Shown piece by piece: positions 56,743 through 64,000 of a stretch of 64,000 nt of DNA. Numbering within the stretch: position 1 is the first letter of the stretch; each line of letters starts with the position of its first letter. Source of the stretch: Thermodesulfobacteriota bacterium (lineage in GTDB: Bacteria > Desulfobacterota_D > UBA1144 > Nemesobacterales > UBA2774); the NCBI GenBank assembly GCA_965216785.1, contig OZ244197.1, forward strand, positions 2,752,001-2,816,000. The letters run 5' to 3'. The notes beneath the pieces are model-generated. The model ran no database searches. It was not told the origin of the DNA and was given only the letters and a program-made list of their open reading frames with translations. Both the position numbers and the translations under genes were made by a program.

Positions 56743-57575
56743 ATGTACTACTAAATAGGAGCGGCGCAGTTTATGAAAGTACTCGTAAATACGAGAGAGA
56801 GGAAAGGAGTCTTTCTCAAATAAGCACCCGGGATTTGAGTCTGTATTACGGCAATAAGCCTGCTTTCAAAGGAGTGAATCTGACAATAAATCCGGGATCC
56901 ATAACAGCAGTTGTAGGACCCTCAGGATGCGGCAAGTCAAGCTTCCTTCTTAGCTTAAACCGCCTGGCGGAGCTTGTTGCGGGCTGCACCGTGAGCGGCA
57001 GCGTGCGAATCGGAGAGCACGATATATTCTCACCTGAGACAGACCTTACATCCCTTCGTCTGAGCGTAGGGATGATATTCCAGAAACCAAACCCCTTCCC
57101 TCTTTCCGTTAAGGAAAACATTGCACTACCGTTAAAAGAGCACGGTACTTTAGATAAAAACGAAATCGACAAAAGAGTGGAAAAGGCGCTGAAGAAAGTA
57201 GGACTCTGGGACGAAGTGCGGGACAGGCTGAACACTCCTGCGCTGTCGCTATCGGGGGGTCAGCAGCAGCGCCTTTGTATCGCAAGGACTCTCGCGCTTG
57301 AGCCCAAAGTATTGTTACTGGACGAGCCCTGCAGCGCGCTCGATCCGCTAGCAAGCTCGGTCGTGGAAGATTTGATAACAGAGCTCAGGGGGAAATATAC
57401 GATTATCATCGTTACGCATAATCTTCCGCAGGCCAGGAGAATAGCTGATTACGTCGCTTTTTTCTGGATGCAAAATAACGCGGGAGCCCTAATTGAATAT
57501 GGCCTGACAGAGCGGATATTCAATGAGCCACAAAACGAGTTAACCGAGGCTTATATAAAGGGCGCTAGGGGATGA
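56739..57575 (+). CDS. pstB: Phosphate ABC transporter ATP-binding protein
   Basis: GPSGCGKS, FQKPNPFP, LSGGQQQRLCIAR, DEPCSALDP motifs; ATGA overlap with pstA. Confidence 0.93.
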   Translation: MNVLLNRSGAVYESTRKYEREERSLSQISTRDLSLYYGNKPAFKGVNLTINPGSITAVVGPSGCGKSSFLLSLNRLAELVAGCTVSGSVRIGEHDIFSPETDLTSLRLSVGMIFQKPNPFPLSVKENIALPLKEHGTLDKNEIDKRVEKALKKVGLWDEVRDRLNTPALSLSGGQQQRLCIARTLALEPKVLLLDEPCSALDPLASSVVEDLITELRGKYTIIIVTHNLPQARRIADYVAFFWMQNNAGALIEYGLTERIFNEPQNELTEAYIKGARG

Positions 57576-57636
57576 GCGGCTTATATTACATGAGCCTATA
57601 TATATGACTTTATATAGTCTAAAATAATGTGAAATT

Positions 57637-58407
57637 ATGAAACTTAAAATGAGAAATGCCGGGACATCGGGCCCGGAAATCCTGATACTGCACGGTTTGA
57701 TGGGATCCTCACGTAACTGGCAGCGTATCATGCGGCAGCTTTCTTCAGACTTCCGCGTGATTGTCCCTGATTTGCGGAACCACGGGGAATCGCCTTACGG
57801 TCCGCACAACATTGACGAGATGCAGGACGACGTACTCGAGCTCATAGATACGAAGTTTGAAGAGCCTCCCCACTTGATTGGCCATTCAATGGGAGGGCAG
57901 ACGGCAATGGCTGTGGCAACATCGGAAGGCACTCAAATTGCGAGCCTAACTTTGGTTGACGCGGCGGCTGTGAGGCTGAAAGGGAGTCTTTTCAAACTGC
58001 TAGACGCTCTTATGGAAATTGATCTTAATTCTATCACCAGCCGGGCTGACGCCGAAAAAGCAGTCTCAAACAAGATCACCGATCTGAGGGTACGGCAGTT
58101 TTTACTTCAGAACTTAAAACAAAATGATGAAGGTGAGTTTAACTGGCAATGCAATCTTCCCGAGCTGAGGCGCTACGCGGCAGAGGAAACTTTCTCTCTT
58201 CCAGACGAAGCAGTTTTTGAAGGACCTACTCTGGTACTCGCGGGAGGGCAATCGGAGTACCGGGTATGGGAGCAAGAGGATATCTATAAAACCCATTTTC
58301 CCAATATGACTCTTGAGATTGTAAGGGATGCGGGTCATTGGCTCCACGCCGATGCGTCTGAAATCTTTTTACGCCGTGTAAAGGATTTTATTGGCTCACA
58401 GATCTAA
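57637..58407 (+). CDS. Alpha/beta hydrolase (YbfF/ABHD11-like esterase)
   Basis: HGLMGS..NW, DLRNHG.S, GHSMGG, AGHWLHA motifs. Confidence 0.88.
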   Translation: MKLKMRNAGTSGPEILILHGLMGSSRNWQRIMRQLSSDFRVIVPDLRNHGESPYGPHNIDEMQDDVLELIDTKFEEPPHLIGHSMGGQTAMAVATSEGTQIASLTLVDAAAVRLKGSLFKLLDALMEIDLNSITSRADAEKAVSNKITDLRVRQFLLQNLKQNDEGEFNWQCNLPELRRYAAEETFSLPDEAVFEGPTLVLAGGQSEYRVWEQEDIYKTHFPNMTLEIVRDAGHWLHADASEIFLRRVKDFIGSQI

Positions 58408-58522
58408 CTTATGTGGGGAGCCTTAGGCTTCAACAAATCACCGTTAAAGTCTTTTCACATTTGGATTAAATGATGAAAATAGGTATGACTGTATAAAAGC
58501 TGTGGTCACAGGAGACCAATGT

Positions 58523-59863
58523 ATGAGTAATGGCAGTGGAAATGTGAGTATTTCAAAAAATGGTCCGCTTGGCTGGGTGCGTGATATAAATTCCGATCAA
58601 TGGAAGGCTTTTTACGCAGCTTTTATGGGATGGACTCTCGACGCAATGGACCTGCTGCTGTTTGCCTTCGCTGTGAGCTCTATTGGTCAGGTCTTTAATC
58701 TCTCAGAGGCAATGGTCGGGGCGCTTTTCTCGGTAACGCTCTTTTCTTCTGCTTTCGGCGGCGCGGTGTTCGGAATTATCTCCGATTATATGGGGAGAGT
58801 TAGGGCGCTCACGTACAGCATACTTCTATATTCAGCTTTTACGGGTCTAAGCGCTTTTGCTCCCAATGTAACATATCTTCTTGTATGCCGAGTGTTTCTC
58901 GGCCTCGGTGTAGGTGGGGAATGGGCCTCAGGCGAGGTGCTCGTCGCCGAGAAATGGCCCAAGGAACATAGGGGTAAGGTAATAGGTATGGTCCAGAGCG
59001 GCTGGGGCATAGGTTATATACTTGCCGCGGTTCTGGCCACGCTGATTATCCCAAACTTCAAAGAGGGCGTGAGCTATACGGTTCCGATGATAGGGATTAC
59101 GTTCGACGGGCTTGATCTTGGGTGGAGGCTACTTTTCCTGGTGGGTGTACTGCCGGCGTTTCTGGTCTTCTATATAAGGAAGCATCTCGACGAGCCTGAG
59201 GTGTGGAAACAAACAAAGAAGCTAAGAAAAGAAGGGAGGCTTAGCGAAAAGGCAAAGAGATTTACACTCTCACAGATATTCAAACCGGACTTAATAAGAT
59301 ATACGGTTTCCGCAACCCTTCTAACGAGTCTCTGCATGATAGCGTACTGGGGTCTTTATTTCTGGATTCCTCAATTCTTAGCGAGTGAAAAGGGCGTGGG
59401 TTTGGACACAAAGGGCTTTATCTGGATTGTGCCAATAAATATCGGCGCTTTTATAGGATGCGTCACGTTCGGGTTTATAAGCGACCGTCTGGGAAGAAGA
59501 CCGGTTTTTGTTTTTTACCTTCTCATAATGGCGGTGCTCGTTTGGTTCTTTGGTCAGGCAACCACCCTTCGCGAGGTGCTTATCCTGGGGCCGTTCATCG
59601 GATTTTTCGGCACCGGGTTTTACTCTGGCTTCGGCTCGATATTCTCGGAGATATTTCCTACGAGAGCTCGGGGAACAGCACAGGGCTTCTGTTATAACGT
59701 AGGCAGAGGGGTATCCGCCGCCGCGCCACCTCTAATAGGCTTTCTCGTGGGGAAATACGGTTTTGCAACCGGATTGACGACTGTTTCCGTTTTTGCCGTT
59801 GCCGCGGCAGTCGTAGTAATAACGCTACCTGAAACTAAAGGCAAAGCGCTTGAGTTTGAATAA
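58523..59863 (+). CDS. MFS transporter (aromatic acid/sialate:H+ symporter-like)
   Basis: GWTLDAMD, SDYMGR, GVGGEW, SDRLGRR, EIFPTRARG, LPETKG motifs; AGGAG SD before ATG 58523. Confidence 0.9.
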   Translation: MSNGSGNVSISKNGPLGWVRDINSDQWKAFYAAFMGWTLDAMDLLLFAFAVSSIGQVFNLSEAMVGALFSVTLFSSAFGGAVFGIISDYMGRVRALTYSILLYSAFTGLSAFAPNVTYLLVCRVFLGLGVGGEWASGEVLVAEKWPKEHRGKVIGMVQSGWGIGYILAAVLATLIIPNFKEGVSYTVPMIGITFDGLDLGWRLLFLVGVLPAFLVFYIRKHLDEPEVWKQTKKLRKEGRLSEKAKRFTLSQIFKPDLIRYTVSATLLTSLCMIAYWGLYFWIPQFLASEKGVGLDTKGFIWIVPINIGAFIGCVTFGFISDRLGRRPVFVFYLLIMAVLVWFFGQATTLREVLILGPFIGFFGTGFYSGFGSIFSEIFPTRARGTAQGFCYNVGRGVSAAAPPLIGFLVGKYGFATGLTTVSVFAVAAAVVVITLPETKGKALEFE

Positions 59864-59895
59864 GGGTTATCAAATCCCCTTTTAATCTAACTATA

Positions 59896-60924
59896 CTATA
59901 TCGCTACATATTCCTGAGATAAAAGAATGGTTAATATCAGCAGTAAAAGCAGTAGTGACCAGATGATGATCGCGGTCCTTGTCGCTTTTTTAGCTTTTTT
60001 AGCTTCCCACCATGAGAGCGGTCTGACGCCCTGTATGAAGAAAGTTGTAACGGCGGATAGGTTTATACAGATAACGTTGACAAGTAAGAGCTGGAGAGCA
60101 CCTGCGGCCTGAGTAAAGTTACCGGTACCCGCCAGCATTCCGACGGATACAGTGGGAGGGAGTAGAGCGACGGCAACCATCACGCCAATGAGAGCACTCG
60201 GCAGTCCCTGGGTAAAAGCGAGAGTACCCGCGACTCCAGAGGCAAGGGCGAGAGCTATGTCTCCAAACCCGACCTCGGTTCTTGAGGCAAGCTGCGGTAT
60301 TGTGGGATCTACTGAAAAAATTACGCCTATGGCTATTGCGAATATTAGCGCAACCGCAAGACCGGCAGCGTTGGCCTTAAACGCTCTTACTATGAGGTTT
60401 AAATCCCCAAGCGTTGTGCCGAAAGCAAGAGCCATGTTTGGGCCTATGAGAGGGGCGATTACCATTGCGCCTATAATAATTGCTACATTATTTTTCAAGA
60501 TTCCGATTGATGCGACGACAGAGGAAAGCACTACGAGCACAATATATACTAAAGTAATGTTCGCGCTGTCGTTTATATCGGCGTACAGCTCCTCCCTGCT
60601 AATCCTGCCGATTTTTAATACTGATTCTTTCTTCTTCTCCGGAACACTTTCCGCTACCTCTTCTTTTGACTCAACGGGCCGGGGAATTGTAGCCTCTACA
60701 GGCAGCAGGACTATTCTAAATACCTTCTTGCCTGAATAACGCTTTTCCAGGATATCGAGGATGTCCTCGCAGTCTTTGGCAAGGGCAATGATTTTCACGA
60801 CTACGCTCTTGTCGGTCCCACTTTCCTCCCAGATACCAATAATGGGAAGCTCACCGAGAAGCTCTTTCACGGACTCTGTGGTTTCACCCACAGGCAGAAT
60901 AGATTCGATAAGACGTAGGCTCAT
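59896..60924 (-). CDS. TIGR00341/DUF389 family membrane protein
   Basis: RISREEL, IIGAMVIAPL.GP, GVMVAVALLPP motifs. Confidence 0.88.
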   Translation of the reverse strand: MSLRLIESILPVGETTESVKELLGELPIIGIWEESGTDKSVVVKIIALAKDCEDILDILEKRYSGKKVFRIVLLPVEATIPRPVESKEEVAESVPEKKKESVLKIGRISREELYADINDSANITLVYIVLVVLSSVVASIGILKNNVAIIIGAMVIAPLIGPNMALAFGTTLGDLNLIVRAFKANAAGLAVALIFAIAIGVIFSVDPTIPQLASRTEVGFGDIALALASGVAGTLAFTQGLPSALIGVMVAVALLPPTVSVGMLAGTGNFTQAAGALQLLLVNVICINLSAVTTFFIQGVRPLSWWEAKKAKKATRTAIIIWSLLLLLLILTILLSQEYVAI

Positions 60925-61090
60925 TGCCGCTCCTTATAAATCATATTTAAGCTCGAATTGACTATAACAAAATACTCTAAGCAATTATGGAAGACAATGA
61001 CAGTCAAGTGGCAAGTTAGCAAGTCATTCAGGCTCAGGGGAATTAGAATACAGCGGCGGGTGGGACAAATGCGGAGTACTATTTACAAAC

Positions 61091-61118
61091 AAAAAAGGGA
61101 GCCGAAGCTCCCTTTTTT
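61091..61118 (-). terminator. Intrinsic (bidirectional-type) terminator
   Basis: Minus strand AAAAAAGGGAGC-TTCG-GCTCCCTTTTTT, downstream of the IPTL-CTERM gene. Confidence 0.85.
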
Positions 61119-61152
61119 AATATATATCCTTAACGTTCTTTCTTGTGTGTAA

Positions 61153-61977
61153 TTAAGCTGCCGCTTTTCTTCTGCGCAGGGCAAAGAAACTGATAATCCC
61201 TAAAACGCCCGCGGTAGCTATAAGTCCCCATTCGCTCATTGTCGGTATGACCTTAGGGGCCATCCTTAAAGATATGGCACAAAATTTAAGCGCAATAGTA
61301 TCACCAATTCTAGGAAACGCCGGGAATTGGAAAGTACCTGCCGTGTCTTGAAATTCACTTATTCCAGTAAGTGCTAATCCAGGGCCTACTTCTACTAATT
61401 CAGTGAAACCGTCACTAAAAGGATCGGCTGATAATGCGCCTGATTGATTGCCGCCTGAGATTAAAAGTATTTGGACAAGCTGTGAGCCCGCTTCAAATTG
61501 CACAGGATCCGTGACGTACATCTGGCTCAAAGGATCAAATTCGGAGCAGGCGGAATCGATGATGGGATTGTCCTTGTCAACATTATTGTATCTGAAGCTT
61601 CCCGCCGCAAAAGCTGATGAATTGTCGGTATCCCAACTGCAGGTAATATCATCTGAACCCGAAGAGTCTGTGAAGCGGCTCCATATACCAAGCTGACATG
61701 AATCAGGGAAACATGTTTCATTTACAATCTCATTCCACGATCCGGGGCTCGGAGCATTAAACGGGTTAGGGTTACCATCCGCAAAAATACCGCAAGAAAT
61801 CAGCTCGTAATCACCCGGAGCTCCCGATCCGGTCTCAATTACACCTGAGAGTAACCCTCCGTTGAAATCGGCATCTTGAGTCGAGTTAACGTCCTCAATC
61901 AGCACATTTGCCTGAGATACGCTTACCGCTACAAGCGCAATTAAAACAAATACCGGTAAAAGTAATAGTTTTTTCAT
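61153..61977 (-). CDS. Exported protein with IPTL-CTERM sorting signal
   Basis: Signal peptide MKKLLL; C-terminal IPTMSEWGLI, transmembrane segment, RRRK; GGAGGG SD. Confidence 0.85.
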   Translation of the reverse strand: MKKLLLLPVFVLIALVAVSVSQANVLIEDVNSTQDADFNGGLLSGVIETGSGAPGDYELISCGIFADGNPNPFNAPSPGSWNEIVNETCFPDSCQLGIWSRFTDSSGSDDITCSWDTDNSSAFAAGSFRYNNVDKDNPIIDSACSEFDPLSQMYVTDPVQFEAGSQLVQILLISGGNQSGALSADPFSDGFTELVEVGPGLALTGISEFQDTAGTFQFPAFPRIGDTIALKFCAISLRMAPKVIPTMSEWGLIATAGVLGIISFFALRRRKAAA

Positions 61978-62144
61978 ACCATCCCTCCATAAATGTTTGC
62001 TGTCAATATTAACACATTTTGGTAAATATCCATACATATTTATTAAGCATGTGAGTAAACGTAGATGTATGTTTGGAATGATACAAGAGTGGGTAAACGT
62101 AATGTAATTCTGTTATTAAGCTACCGGTCTATGGATTTGAAGTG

Positions 62145-62220
62145 GGTGCGCGACCGGACTTGAACCGGCGGCCTCTGGGGCCACAACCCAGTGCTCTAAC
62201 CAGGCTGAGCTACGCGCACC
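62145..62220 (-). tRNA. tRNA-His(GTG)
   Basis: G-1, acceptor stem GTGCGCG/CGCGCAC, C73, anticodon loop TTGTGGC, T-loop TTCAAGT; full CCA not encoded after C73. Confidence 0.95.
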
Positions 62221-62435
62221 ACAAATTTGGAATTAATTATTACGGACTGAGAATATTACCACAAAGCTAACGGGAGACAAATATACTCAACCCCTCACCT
62301 TATAAATATACCGATTATCTTAAGATTAAACTTGCTATTTAAATAATCCGAGTAAAATAATAGGTAATCCAGTTATGCGACTTGGCACCGCATAGAGGAC
62401 AGATAACAGAATCGATTGCTCAGCCAAAGGTTAAA

Positions 62436-62930
62436 ATGAACAAGGCTCTCTTGGTGCTGGTAATATTGATAGGAGTTATGCTCGGCCTCGGAGGTTTTAC
62501 TTTTTACTACGGGGAAGGCCATTCCTATTTAAGTAAAAACCCAGAAGCTTGCCTTAACTGCCACATCATGAGACCTCAGTTCGATTCCTGGCAGAAAGCG
62601 AGCCACCACACAGCGGCAACCTGCGTTCAGTGCCATCTGCCTCAAAGCTCTGCATACAAGTATATATCTAAAGCCGAGAACGGCTTTAATCACTCAAAGG
62701 CTTTTACGCTTCAGAATTTTGACGAGCCGATAAAAATTACTGAAAAAAACAGCCGTATACTGCAGCAAAACTGCGTATATTGCCATAGCGCTATCACAGA
62801 AAATCTTACACACGGGAGCACTACAAACGCCGATGGCCTTAGCTGTGTTCATTGCCACAGGACGGTAGGGCATGGAGAACCATTGGGTCTGGGCGGCCCC
62901 CTGCGAAAGGAAGAGAAAGGAGGAATATAA
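62436..62930 (+). CDS. nrfH: Cytochrome c nitrite reductase small subunit
   Basis: N-terminal transmembrane segment; four CxxCH (CLNCHIM, CVQCH, CVYCH, CVHCH); directly upstream of nrfA. Confidence 0.92.
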   Translation: MNKALLVLVILIGVMLGLGGFTFYYGEGHSYLSKNPEACLNCHIMRPQFDSWQKASHHTAATCVQCHLPQSSAYKYISKAENGFNHSKAFTLQNFDEPIKITEKNSRILQQNCVYCHSAITENLTHGSTTNADGLSCVHCHRTVGHGEPLGLGGPLRKEEKGGI

Positions 62931-62931
62931 A

Positions 62932-64000
62932 ATGAGCGGAGCTTCGTCAATACTTAAATCCAAAACAGGGATAGTGGTTATTGTAATAATTGTTGCGGCT
63001 ATTAGTGCTGTCATAACCGCGCTGCTGGTAAACATAATTCAAAGAAAGGCGGAGAGTAAAAACGGTTATGTAAGGCTCGTTGAAGTCACCGAGGACGATA
63101 CTGATCCTGAGAAATGGAAGACTAACTGGCCCAAGCAGTACGACTTGTATAAGAAAACCTCAATTGCAACGCGCACACGGTTCGGCGGTCACGGAGGTAG
63201 CGAGGCACTCCCCGAGCAGAAGATCGAGAGGGACCCATGGCTAAAGCGTATGTTCAAGGGCTACGCGTTCTCGATAGACTACCGTGACAGACGCGGTCAT
63301 GCCTATATGCTGGAAGACCAGGAGAACACAGAGCGTCAGTCGAAACCACAGACGGGATCATGTCTTCACTGCCACGCATCGATAATGCCTCTTTACAGAG
63401 AGCTTGGAAACGGCGATGCCGACGCGGGGTTTGAAGAGTCATATAAATACTCATACGCAGACCTTAATCAAATGTTAAAAGACTCGGGGAACAACCACCC
63501 AGTATCGTGTGTAGACTGCCACGACCCTGAATCGATGGAGATTCGTGTTACCAGACCCGGATTTATCCAGGGTATTCAGGCACTTGCGGAATCTGACGCG
63601 CCGACGCCTCATCTGCCCTCGATCGAGCAATGGAGAGAGGGACCGAGGTCGGCTCCTTACGACCCTAACGTAGACGCAACGCGCACTGAGATGCGCTCTT
63701 ACGCATGCGCGCAGTGCCACGTGGAGTATTACTGCGCGGGCAATATGAAGCTGACCTTCCCGTGGGGTAAAGGGCTCAAAGCAGAGGAAGTGGAAGAATT
63801 TTGGGACGATATAACGTTTAGTGACGGGCAGCAGTTCTTTGACTACACGCACAAAGAGAGCGGTGCAAAGATACTTAAAGCGCAGCACCCTGAGTTTGAG
63901 CTCTGGAGCCAGGGCATCCATGCCCGAAGCGGGGTATCATGTGCCGACTGTCATATGCCTTATATGAGGGACGGCGCAAGCAAGGTATCGGACCACTGGG
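62932..64000 (+). CDS. nrfA: Ammonia-forming cytochrome c nitrite reductase catalytic subunit (3'-truncated; not in ORF track)
   Basis: Hand translation from ATG 62932: [57 protein letters not shown]; AGGAGG SD. Confidence 0.93.
   Translation, partial: MSGASSILKSKTGIVVIVIIVAAISAVITALLVNIIQRKAESKNGYVRLVEVTEDDTDPEKWKTNWPKQYDLYKKTSIATRTRFGGHGGSEALPEQKIERDPWLKRMFKGYAFSIDYRDRRGHAYMLEDQENTERQSKPQTGSCLHCHASIMPLYRELGNGDADAGFEESYKYSYADLNQMLKDSGNNHPVSCVDCHDPESMEIRVTRPGFIQGIQALAESDAPTPHLPSIEQWREGPRSAPYDPNVDATRTEMRSYACAQCHVEYYCAGNMKLTFPWGKGLKAEEVEEFWDDITFSDGQQFFDYTHKESGAKILKAQHPEFELWSQGIHARSGVSCADCHMPYMRDGASKVSDHW

Noticed and set aside
356-61721. Numerous short ORFs nested antisense or out of frame within the called genes
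   Set aside because: Typical shadow ORFs with no SD or motif support; the overlapping gene has clear family motifs.
62145-62220. tRNA-His as an island integration site
   Set aside because: No duplicated tRNA 3' end and no integrase found in the window.
63254-63921. Minus-strand ORFs at 63254-63454 and 63475-63921
   Set aside because: Antisense shadows of nrfA, which occupies the + strand.
1-64000. CRISPR array, cas genes, transposases, integrases, prophage genes
   Set aside because: No regularly spaced direct repeats and no ORF with such motifs were seen by eye.

Overview
Chromosomal 64-kb window of a Gram-negative bacterium, densely coding, mostly housekeeping and accessory genes. The IPTL-CTERM-type exported protein and GGC-type lipoboxes suggest Candidatus Dadabacteria or a related Desulfobacterota-like lineage (inference only). 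It contains a 5'-truncated Ycf46-like AAA ATPase, a K+/H+ antiporter, three peptidoglycan hydrolases (M23, S13, MepA), ArsR-SRPBCC and TetR-AhpD modules with visible operators, a split transketolase, a binding-protein/PP2C/anti-sigma/STAS partner-switching set, ychF-pyrD, recO, mgtE, futalosine-pathway genes (UbiA-, UbiX-, UbiD-like, mqnE), pstSCAB, tRNA-His, and nrfH-nrfA. NrfA is 3'-truncated, has a CxxCH first heme motif and is absent from the ORF track. No CRISPR array, transposase, integrase or prophage was seen. The most unusual signals are non-coding: (i) a ~350-nt intergenic segment (19959-20310) built almost entirely of stem-loops with plus-strand G-U pairs, a candidate unannotated large structured RNA; (ii) an orphan consensus promoter driving a ~70-nt hairpin RNA with a C-rich loop (16364-16470); (iii) a c-di-GMP-I riboswitch in front of a Tat-exported dirigent/AOC-like protein; (iv) a rod-shaped RNA candidate downstream of mgtE; (v) mosaic REP-like palindrome clusters. 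A 34-aa unannotated membrane microprotein gene and a secreted 10-Cys peptide are also present. All product calls come from motif recognition by eye; no searches or folding programs were run.
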